From Patescibacteria group bacterium (GTDB lineage: Bacteria; Patescibacteriota; Patescibacteriia; Patescibacteriales; UBA12465): a stretch of 34,374 nucleotides of DNA. A program made the translations under genes and the position numbers. Under the pieces are notes generated by a model. The model was not told the origin of the DNA, searched no databases, and saw only the letters and a program-made list of their open reading frames with translations. The stretch covers positions 1-34,374 of the forward strand of contig JAIPJO010000003.1 of assembly GCA_021734135.1 (NCBI GenBank), read 5' to 3'. Positions 18,067 to 26,176 of the stretch are shown here, one piece after another; the first letter of the stretch is position 1; the number at the start of each line of letters is the position of its first letter.

Positions 18067-18603
18067 CTATTTCTTTTCTAGTAAATAAGGTCTTAGACGT
18101 CTAGTTGTGAAATTTATAATATAAAATAAGACTATAATAATTATACTATGTAATATTAACTTATACCCTAATGACTCCCAAAACCAAGCTTGTGTTAAAA
18201 AAAGACTATTTGAACTTTGATAAATATTAATAATAAAATTAATAATTTGATATGAAAAATTAAAAGTAACAGTTGCAAAGGCAGTAATGACAATAAAGGA
18301 GTAGATTGAACGATTAGTAAAAAAACTAAGCTGTAAATATCTAGAACTCATTACTGCAACAAGAAAACTAATAATAAATATAGGGAAAATATCAAAAAAA
18401 TAAATATCAAATATAAAACCAATTAAAAAAGCAAAGTAGATATGATAATTTTTTCTTCCTAAAATAATTATTAATATAAGTAATATTAAAGGTAAATTAA
18501 TTAAATTAAAAACTGTATGCAAAGAAGATATATAGGTAAATTGAAAAATAATTAAAAAATAGCTTAAAATTATTTGCAAACTTAGATGTAAATATTTAGT
18601 CAT
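18067..18603 (-). CDS. mreD: Rod shape-determining protein MreD (divergent)
   Basis: 178-aa polytopic membrane protein with GFIFDI, directly after mreC. Confidence 0.75.
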   Translation of the reverse strand: MTKYLHLSLQIILSYFLIIFQFTYISSLHTVFNLINLPLILLILIIILGRKNYHIYFAFLIGFIFDIYFFDIFPIFIISFLVAVMSSRYLQLSFFTNRSIYSFIVITAFATVTFNFSYQIINFIINIYQSSNSLFLTQAWFWESLGYKLILHSIIIIVLFYIINFTTRRLRPYLLEKK

Positions 18604-18606
18604 ATA

Positions 18607-19419
18607 TTAAGGAATAACAACTGCTAAAAAATCAAGTTCATTTAAATTATATAAAGGCTCAATAGTTGCTTCTTGCCAAATATCATTACTTTGTTTAGAA
18701 ATAGAATTAACTTCACCAATAATGATTCCTGGTGGTATATCTTTTTCTAAACCTGAACTAAGCACTAAGTCACCAACACTAATGTTATATTCTTGAGGAA
18801 TTAAATTCATAGATATAGTTAGACCTAAACTACCTTGAACTATCCCTAAGGCTTCATTTTGATTAGAAAAACGAGCAGCAAACTTACAGTCTTCATTAAT
18901 ACTTAAACAAACTTGAGCAGAATTATCATGAAGTGACAATATCTTTCCTACTAGTATACCCTCTTCATTTATCACAGCCATCCCTTCTCTTAAACCATCA
19001 TCAGATCCTTTATTAAGATAAATATTACTTTGATTTACTTCTTGTGATAATAAATTATCAGAAGCTACTACTCTAGCCATTACTTTACTATATTCATTAT
19101 CCTCAAAAAAATTCAAATAATTCCTTAACTTATTATTTTCTCTTTCAACTTCTTCCCACTTAGCTTTTTCAGCTAATAATTTATCAACTTCTTTTTCTAA
19201 TCTTTCATTATTTGCTTTTAGTTTTTTCTCCTCATCAGAACCTTCAAAAGATGAACGCCAATTACTACCTAAATTATAAAAAACTTCTCCACCTTTATTT
19301 ATTCCACTAACAATTACTTTCTCTATTGGTTTTAAAGCATTTAAATAATATAAAAAAACTAGCAATATAATTATAGCTAAAACAAAGTATATTTTCTTTT
19401 TATTAAAAGTTTTCTGCAT
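18607..19419 (-). CDS. mreC: Rod shape-determining protein MreC
   Basis: TM anchor, coiled coil ENNKLR, NKGSDDG, GILVGKI, GDLVLSSG and PPGIIIG motifs. Confidence 0.93.
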   Translation of the reverse strand: MQKTFNKKKIYFVLAIIILLVFLYYLNALKPIEKVIVSGINKGGEVFYNLGSNWRSSFEGSDEEKKLKANNERLEKEVDKLLAEKAKWEEVERENNKLRNYLNFFEDNEYSKVMARVVASDNLLSQEVNQSNIYLNKGSDDGLREGMAVINEEGILVGKILSLHDNSAQVCLSINEDCKFAARFSNQNEALGIVQGSLGLTISMNLIPQEYNISVGDLVLSSGLEKDIPPGIIIGEVNSISKQSNDIWQEATIEPLYNLNELDFLAVVIP

Positions 19420-19427
19420 GAAATATA

Positions 19428-20471
19428 TTAGTTTTCCATATCAGCAGAAGAGACTACCTTTTCTAAAAGTTCAGGATCATCAAGCAATGCCCCAGCACCT
19501 CTAGAAACACAAGTTAAAGGATCATCTACAATGTTAACAGGAATTTTAGTGGCTTGAGCAATAGCTTTATCTAGCCCTCTAAGCATTGAACCACCACCTG
19601 AGATATATATACCTCTTTGATAAATATCAGAAACTAACTCTGGAGGTGTATTTTCTAAAGTATTTTTTATATTATCAATCATTTTACTTACAGTTTTTGA
19701 TATAGCTTCCCTAACTTGATCATCGCTAATATTTATAGCCTTTGGTAAGCCAGTTAAAAGATCTCTACCCCTAACTTCCATAGTCTTAGGTTCCTCTAGT
19801 GGCAAGGCACTACCTATTTCAATCTTTACTTTCTCTGCTAATTGTTCACCAATTAAAATATTAAACTCTTCTCTTATATAATCTACAATATTAGAATCAA
19901 ACTCATTACCAGCTAACCTAAGTGACTTCCAAGTAACCACACCACCTAGTGATATCACAGCTATTTCAGTAGTACCTCCACCAATATCAACCATCATAGT
20001 AGCTGTAGCTTCAGTAACTGGTAATCCTGAACCAATAGCAGCTGCCATAGCTTCATCTATTAAATATACCCTTCTAGCTCCAGCTGACTTAGCAGCATCT
20101 TCCACTGCTTTTTTCTCCACCTCTGTTAAATCAAGAGGAATGCCAATCACAACTCTTGGTCTAGGTATAAGAGTAAAAGTTTCACTATGAACTTTATTAA
20201 TAAAATACTTAAGCATTTTTTCAGTTACTTCAAAGTCAGAAATTACACCATCAATTAATGGTTTAATAGCTTCAATGTGACCAGGGGTTTTTCCTACCAT
20301 TTTTTTAGCTGCTAAACCTACTTCTAGAATTTCAGCTGTTCTATTATTAATAGCTACCACAGAAGGCTCATTAATAATTACCCCTTTATCTTTAACATAA
20401 ACTAAAGTATTTTTAGTACCCAAATCTATTCCTAAATCATTGCTAAATTTTCCCAGTAATTTGTTAAACAT
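19428..20471 (-). CDS. mreB: Rod shape-determining protein MreB
   Basis: GIDLGT, NEPSVVA, DIGGGTT and SGGGSML motifs; first gene of mreBCD. Confidence 0.96.
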   Translation of the reverse strand: MFNKLLGKFSNDLGIDLGTKNTLVYVKDKGVIINEPSVVAINNRTAEILEVGLAAKKMVGKTPGHIEAIKPLIDGVISDFEVTEKMLKYFINKVHSETFTLIPRPRVVIGIPLDLTEVEKKAVEDAAKSAGARRVYLIDEAMAAAIGSGLPVTEATATMMVDIGGGTTEIAVISLGGVVTWKSLRLAGNEFDSNIVDYIREEFNILIGEQLAEKVKIEIGSALPLEEPKTMEVRGRDLLTGLPKAINISDDQVREAISKTVSKMIDNIKNTLENTPPELVSDIYQRGIYISGGGSMLRGLDKAIAQATKIPVNIVDDPLTCVSRGAGALLDDPELLEKVVSSADMEN

Positions 20472-20472
20472 A

Positions 20473-21723
20473 TTATCTTAACTTCGCCAAAACCTGTTCT
20501 AAACTTAAAAACTGAGGCTCAGCTTGTGAACGTTTTTTAAATTCAATATTATTATTTTCTATAGTCTTTGAGCTAATTACTATCCTATTAGGACAGCCAA
20601 TTAAATCAGAATCAGCTAGTTTAATTCCAGGTGAAACATCTCTGTCATCATATAAAACTTCAACACCTTCATTTATTAGTTTCTCATATATTTTATCAGC
20701 CTCATCATTTTGTCCCAGTGATAATAAATGTACACTATAAGGTGAAATTGACTGACTCCAACTCATACCTCTATCATCAGCAAACTTTTCCACTATCACT
20801 CCCATTAAACGACTAGGACCAATACCATAGGAAGCCATATAAACAATTTCTTTTTCACCTTTTTCATTGGTAAAGTAATAATCAAAAGCTTTAGAAAACT
20901 TAGTATTTAAAGGAAAAATATTGCCAACTTCAGAAGCTTTAGTAATTCGTAAATCTTTAGTTCCACACTCAGGACAGCTATCTTGTCTATCTAAGACTTC
21001 CTTATTTAAAGCAATTTTACACTTATCACAAACATGTATTTCATCTTCACCGGTTGGACATTCAGTTTGAAATTCATGTGAAAAATCTTTAGTAAAGTCA
21101 CCACCAGAAGCTAAAGTAATATAGGTGGTTTCACCAATACCTAATCTTTCAAATATTCTAAAATATGCTTCTTTAACTACCTCATAATATACCCTCATAT
21201 CCTCTTCACTCACATGAAAACTGTATAAATCTTTCATAATAAATTCCCTTCCTCTAAGTAGTCCAGATTTTGGCCTAGGTTCATTTCTAAACTTAGTTTG
21301 TATTTGATAAGTAGCAAAAGGTAAATCTTTATAGCTCAAAGCAAACTTTTTAACCAAAGGTGTAATAATCTCTTCATGGGTAGAGTTTAAAATATAAGAA
21401 CCGTCATTAACTCTTCTAGACTCTTCATTAGCTCCTCTAGTTTCAAAAAGTACATCCATACTATCTAAACGATTAGTAGTTTGCCAGTTTTCCTTAGGTG
21501 ATAAAGCAGACATGAATATCTCTTGTCCGCCAATAGCATCCATCTCTTCTCTAATAATTTGCTCAATTTTCTTTAAAACCCTATAGCCTAAAGGTAGAAA
21601 TTCATAAACACCGGCCATTATTTTATCAATAAAGCCAGCTTTAATTAGAAGCTGAGAGTTTAAACTTTGTTCATCTTTAGCTACATCTTTACTAGTTTTG
21701 GTAAATAAAACTGATTGTTTCAT
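20473..21723 (-). CDS. proS: Prolyl-tRNA synthetase, short form without the INS editing domain
   Basis: THEE, QTKFRNEPRP..GLLRGREF.MKD.YSF, EVGNIF, MASYGIG and anticodon-domain DDR..PG.K motifs. Confidence 0.95.
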   Translation of the reverse strand: MKQSVLFTKTSKDVAKDEQSLNSQLLIKAGFIDKIMAGVYEFLPLGYRVLKKIEQIIREEMDAIGGQEIFMSALSPKENWQTTNRLDSMDVLFETRGANEESRRVNDGSYILNSTHEEIITPLVKKFALSYKDLPFATYQIQTKFRNEPRPKSGLLRGREFIMKDLYSFHVSEEDMRVYYEVVKEAYFRIFERLGIGETTYITLASGGDFTKDFSHEFQTECPTGEDEIHVCDKCKIALNKEVLDRQDSCPECGTKDLRITKASEVGNIFPLNTKFSKAFDYYFTNEKGEKEIVYMASYGIGPSRLMGVIVEKFADDRGMSWSQSISPYSVHLLSLGQNDEADKIYEKLINEGVEVLYDDRDVSPGIKLADSDLIGCPNRIVISSKTIENNNIEFKKRSQAEPQFLSLEQVLAKLR

Positions 21724-21834
21724 ATGTGCAAATAATTTATACGATATTAACTATATTTAAATTTATCTTAACTTAAAAACTTGGGGTTGTAAAGATAAAT
21801 AATATTTCTAACTTAATTATTAAAACAATAAATA

Positions 21835-22404
21835 TTATATATTTTTAAGTGCCTGCTTCACTCTTTCTCCACTATCACTTATGTTTTTATCCACCTTTTT
21901 TAAAGCTTCTCTAGCTTCATTCATATTATAGCCTAGAGCCATTAAAGCATCTATCTCATCACTAGAGCTAACACCTGTTTGCATATCAGCTTTAAAGTCT
22001 TCTAGTTTAGCTATCTTTTCTTTAAGCTCTAATACTACTCTTTGAGCAGTTTTTTTACCTATCCCTGAAACTTTAGTTAACATACCAGCATCTTCAGATA
22101 TAATAGCTTCTTTTAAGTGATTAGTACTACTAAGTGATAGTACTGCTAGAGCAGACTTAGGACCAATACCAGAAACAGACAGTAGCATTTCAAACATCCC
22201 TAAATCATCTAAGTTTTTAAAACCATATAAATCTAAACTATCTTCTCTAACATGTTGATGAGTATATAGCTCAATTTCACTGTCTTTTGTGACTTCACTA
22301 TAAATATCAGCACTAACACTAACCTTATAACCTAAACCTTGATTTAAGATTATTAGATCTCCTGATTGTTTAGCAATTATTTTTCCTTTAATGTATGCAA
22401 TCAT
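21835..22404 (-). CDS. ruvA: Holliday junction branch migration protein RuvA
   Basis: MIAYIKG, VREDSLDLYGF, VSGIGPKSA, GIGKKTA and ALMALGY motifs. Confidence 0.97.
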   Translation of the reverse strand: MIAYIKGKIIAKQSGDLIILNQGLGYKVSVSADIYSEVTKDSEIELYTHQHVREDSLDLYGFKNLDDLGMFEMLLSVSGIGPKSALAVLSLSSTNHLKEAIISEDAGMLTKVSGIGKKTAQRVVLELKEKIAKLEDFKADMQTGVSSSDEIDALMALGYNMNEAREALKKVDKNISDSGERVKQALKNI

Positions 22405-22408
22405 ATAA

Positions 22409-23677
22409 TTAATTAATTTTTCTTCTTAATACACTAAGCTTTGGTATTTCTTTATCAAAATACATATATACTGTTTGTCCTCCCCCACCTCCATGAGCTT
22501 CAATTATTTCTTCTTGACTATCTTTATCTAACATTCTCTTTAATTTAAACTTTAAAACCTCATAACCTGGCATGATTAACTCTAAAGTATCACCCTTTTT
22601 TAAAGTATTATGTACCTTAATTTCAGTCTTATATTTATCCTTATTTTTCATATTATTATCTAGTTCTGAGCTAATAATCTGCCCACAAAACTCCCAATTT
22701 GGCTTATTATTATCATTACTTAAGTTCTGAGCTTCCCTGCCTTGTTTAAACATAAAACCTTCAGTATAGCCTCTGTGAAATAGTTTAGTTTCTAATTCTT
22801 TATATAAATAATCTAATTCCTTTTTCCTATCCTTAGCGCTTATAGTGCTGCTACTGCTAATATCTATAGCTCTACGATATACTCCCACCACATTAGCTAG
22901 ATAATAGACACTTTTAGCTCTACCTTCTATCTTGAAAGCTTTTATCTTAGCGCTTATCATCTCTGGTATTCTTTTAATCAAACAAAGATCTAATGAGTTG
23001 AAAATATAGGAACCATTTTTATCCTCTCCTAAAACAAAATTAGTGTCATGACCACGCGGTTTAATTTCATATTCCCACCTACAAGGTTGAGCGCAATCTC
23101 CTAAGTTAGCATCTCTATCAATTAACTGTTTAGATAAAAAACAACGACCAGAATAAGCCATACAAAGAGCGCCGTGCACAAACGTTTCTATCTCTAAATC
23201 AGGTACTTTAGTAATAATTTCTTTTATTTCTTTTAAAGCTAATTCCCTACCCAATATAACCCTCTTTACTCCCATATCTTTATACATCTGTGCTGACATC
23301 CAATTAGTACAGTTAGCTTGAGTACTTAAACTAATCTTTATCTCTGGCCAAATTTCTTTAATTAAATAAATTATTCCAGGATCAGAAACAAATAAAGCAT
23401 CGGGATTTAAAGTCTTTAATTTTTCAATATGTTTTTTCACCTTACTTAAATGGGTATTGTGAGCAAAAATATTTACCGTTACATAGGCTTTCTTACCAAT
23501 ACTATGAGCATATTCAATACCCTTCTTCATATCTTTTAAGCTAAAGTCATTAATACGGACACGTAGAGAAAAATCAGGTAAACCAAAATAGACGGCATCA
23601 GCACCGAAAGCAAAAGCTGTTTTTAATTTTTGCAAATTACCAGCCGGAGCTAATAATTCAACTTTATTTTTTTTCAT
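22409..23677 (-). CDS. Peptidase U32 family Fe-S protein, TrhP/YegQ-like tRNA hydroxylation protein
   Basis: ELLAPAG, GADAVY, HGALCMAYSGRC, CAQPCRW and KIEGR motifs, plus the C-terminal beta domain. Confidence 0.88.
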   Translation of the reverse strand: MKKNKVELLAPAGNLQKLKTAFAFGADAVYFGLPDFSLRVRINDFSLKDMKKGIEYAHSIGKKAYVTVNIFAHNTHLSKVKKHIEKLKTLNPDALFVSDPGIIYLIKEIWPEIKISLSTQANCTNWMSAQMYKDMGVKRVILGRELALKEIKEIITKVPDLEIETFVHGALCMAYSGRCFLSKQLIDRDANLGDCAQPCRWEYEIKPRGHDTNFVLGEDKNGSYIFNSLDLCLIKRIPEMISAKIKAFKIEGRAKSVYYLANVVGVYRRAIDISSSSTISAKDRKKELDYLYKELETKLFHRGYTEGFMFKQGREAQNLSNDNNKPNWEFCGQIISSELDNNMKNKDKYKTEIKVHNTLKKGDTLELIMPGYEVLKFKLKRMLDKDSQEEIIEAHGGGGGQTVYMYFDKEIPKLSVLRRKIN

Positions 23678-24624
23678 TAAAATCTTTTTACCCTAATTAA
23701 ACCTGAAACAGGAACTACTTCTATTCCCTGCTTTTCTATTTCATCTAAAAACAAATTCATACCTAAAGAATCAGAACTCATATGACCTGCAATAATAACA
23801 TTTATATGATGTTTTTCAGCCTCTTTTCTGTGCTCTTCTGACATGTGCATACCAATAACAGTACCAAAACCATATTGTGCCATTTTCTCAAAAATATCTT
23901 TAGAGCCACTAGTTCCACCGGTAAACTCTGTTACTACCACCTTACCTACCTTATTTTCTTTAGAGCCAGCAAAAAGTTTAGGTCCCATTTGTTTAGCACT
24001 TGACTCTTGATATTCTGGAATTTCTTTAAATATTTCAAAAATATCTTCTACATATTCTGGCTTTTTTTCTTCAATTAAGTCGTGCATAAATCTAGCTGCT
24101 AAATTATCAGCTGTAGTATGAGTACACATAAAGTCTAGTCCTAAGATCTTCGCCATGTCTATATTACGATAATGATTAATTGGTGATAGCTCTCTACTAA
24201 CCTCCTCTACCCTAGGTTGAGTTACAGCTTCAGCTATATTAATAGGTAATCCATATTTAGCTAAAACCTCAGCTTGCAAATCCATTACAGATCCTAGCTC
24301 TGCCAAAGCTGCTCCTTGAGGATGATGAGCAATTACTAAATCTATATCACCTAGCTTGTCAGCTAAGATAAGCTCCGCTCCACCAATATCAATACCAGCC
24401 ATTACTTTTTTAATTTCTTTAGTTTCATTAGGATTATTTAAAATCCTGCTATCTACATAAGGATTACTTAATTTTTCCTTATCAAAATCTGTTTTCTGAT
24501 TTTCAGGTAAATTATTAAACTTTTTATTAATACGAGTCATCCTCTTTTCAACCTCGCTCTTACCTCTTAAATCAGCTTCCATAGCTTTTTCTACAGCTAT
24601 TTTAAATATATCTTTAGTATTCAT
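23677..24624 (-). CDS. NIF3-like dinuclear metal-centre protein
   Basis: GID, IAHHP, HTTADN, GMH and AGHMSSD motifs. Confidence 0.8.
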   Translation of the reverse strand: MNTKDIFKIAVEKAMEADLRGKSEVEKRMTRINKKFNNLPENQKTDFDKEKLSNPYVDSRILNNPNETKEIKKVMAGIDIGGAELILADKLGDIDLVIAHHPQGAALAELGSVMDLQAEVLAKYGLPINIAEAVTQPRVEEVSRELSPINHYRNIDMAKILGLDFMCTHTTADNLAARFMHDLIEEKKPEYVEDIFEIFKEIPEYQESSAKQMGPKLFAGSKENKVGKVVVTEFTGGTSGSKDIFEKMAQYGFGTVIGMHMSEEHRKEAEKHHINVIIAGHMSSDSLGMNLFLDEIEKQGIEVVPVSGLIRVKRF

Positions 24625-24703
24625 ATATATAAATGATTAATTATTATATTTATCTTTTTTTCGTTTTATTTTTTTCTTTATTTTTTTTACATCTTTATTT
24701 TCT

Positions 24704-25597
24704 CTACTGCATTGATCTCAACTTTGCAATTCTCTCTTCTATTGGTGGATGAGTCATAAAAGCTTTTTTAAAAAGGCTTTTTCTCTTTTTTCCCTTCTTA
24801 TCTTTTAAAGGACTAGCAATGAAAAGGTGAGCCATAGCAGAATTAGCATGTTTTAAACTATTTTCATCTGCACTAATTTTTTCCAGAGCATTAGCTAAAC
24901 CTTCCGGATAACGAGTAAGCAAAGCTCCATCAGCATCAGCTAAAAACTCCCTTTTTCTGCTAATAGCAAACTTAATCATATAAGCAAATATAGGAGCAAT
25001 AATAATTACAGCAATTAATATGACTAAGAAAATTGGATTCTTTTTTGAATCTCCTCCTTTAAAAAATAATGAGTATCTAAGCATGTCAGCAAGAATTACC
25101 ACAGAACCCACTAAAACTGTTACTAAAGTAGCAAACAACATATCTCTGTTGCCAATATGAGAAAGCTCATGAGCAATAACTCCTTCTAACTCACTTTTAT
25201 CTAGCTTTTGTATTAAACCAGCACTAAGTGCTATTACTGCCTTCTCCTTATTTCTCCCAGTAGTAAAAGCATTAGGAGCTGGGTCATCTATAATATATAT
25301 CTTAGGCAGTGGTAGTCCGGCAGTAATACAGAGATTTTCTACTAATCTATATATCTCTTTATTATCCTCAAACTTTAACTCTCGAGCTTTAGCCATGTTA
25401 AGTAATATCTTATGGCTATTATAATAACTAAAGAAACTAGCTAGAACACTAATTAACACTGCTATAATTAAAATACTAGAGTCGTTCATATACCAACTAA
25501 CTGCAAAACCTATAGCAATGATAAAAACAAAAAACAAAGAGATAAGTAAATAACTCTTTCTAGTATTAGAGCTAGCATGTGTATATAAAGTGGCCAT
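24704..25597 (-). CDS. htpX: Membrane zinc protease HtpX (M48)
   Basis: PNAF, AHELSH, SRKREFLAD and THPP..ERI motifs; follows lemA. Confidence 0.95.
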   Translation of the reverse strand: MATLYTHASSNTRKSYLLISLFFVFIIAIGFAVSWYMNDSSILIIAVLISVLASFFSYYNSHKILLNMAKARELKFEDNKEIYRLVENLCITAGLPLPKIYIIDDPAPNAFTTGRNKEKAVIALSAGLIQKLDKSELEGVIAHELSHIGNRDMLFATLVTVLVGSVVILADMLRYSLFFKGGDSKKNPIFLVILIAVIIIAPIFAYMIKFAISRKREFLADADGALLTRYPEGLANALEKISADENSLKHANSAMAHLFIASPLKDKKGKKRKSLFKKAFMTHPPIEERIAKLRSMQ

Positions 25598-25602
25598 AAT
25601 TG

Positions 25603-26166
25603 TTAGAATTTAACTTCAATATTTTCTGCTTGAGCAGTTTCAATCTCAAAGTATTCATAGGGAGTAAAACTCAAACCTTTAGCAATCATATTGGTAGGAA
25701 AAACTTGGATTTTAGTATTAAACTGCCTAACATTAGCATTGAAAAATCTTCTAGCAGCTTGAATTTTATTTTCTGTATCTGATAACTCTCTTTGTAGTTC
25801 TAGAAAATTAGTATTAGCTTTTAAATCAGGATAGCTTTCTGATAAAGCAAAGATAGACTTTAAAGCTGAACTTAATGAATTCTCTGCTTGAGCCTGCTCT
25901 TTAGTGTCATTTTTCTGTTGTGAATTAATAGCTTGATTTCTTGCCTCTACCACACTATCTAAAGTTTCCCTTTCATGACTAGCATAACCCTTAACTGTTG
26001 AAACTAAATTAGGAATAAGGTCGTAACGTCTTTTAAGTTGTACATCAATGTCACTCCAAGCTTCATCAACTCTGTTTTTTAACTTAATTAAAGAATTATA
26101 TAAAGAGATGATGATAAGTCCTAGAAGGACTATCGCTCCAATAATAATCCATGTTGTTGTAGTCAT
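25603..26166 (-). CDS. lemA: LemA family protein
   Basis: IDVQLKRRYDLIPNLV, ESYPDLKA and ENKI..ARR motifs. Confidence 0.96.
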   Translation of the reverse strand: MTTTTWIIIGAIVLLGLIIISLYNSLIKLKNRVDEAWSDIDVQLKRRYDLIPNLVSTVKGYASHERETLDSVVEARNQAINSQQKNDTKEQAQAENSLSSALKSIFALSESYPDLKANTNFLELQRELSDTENKIQAARRFFNANVRQFNTKIQVFPTNMIAKGLSFTPYEYFEIETAQAENIEVKF

Positions 26167-26176
26167 ATTTTTGGGG

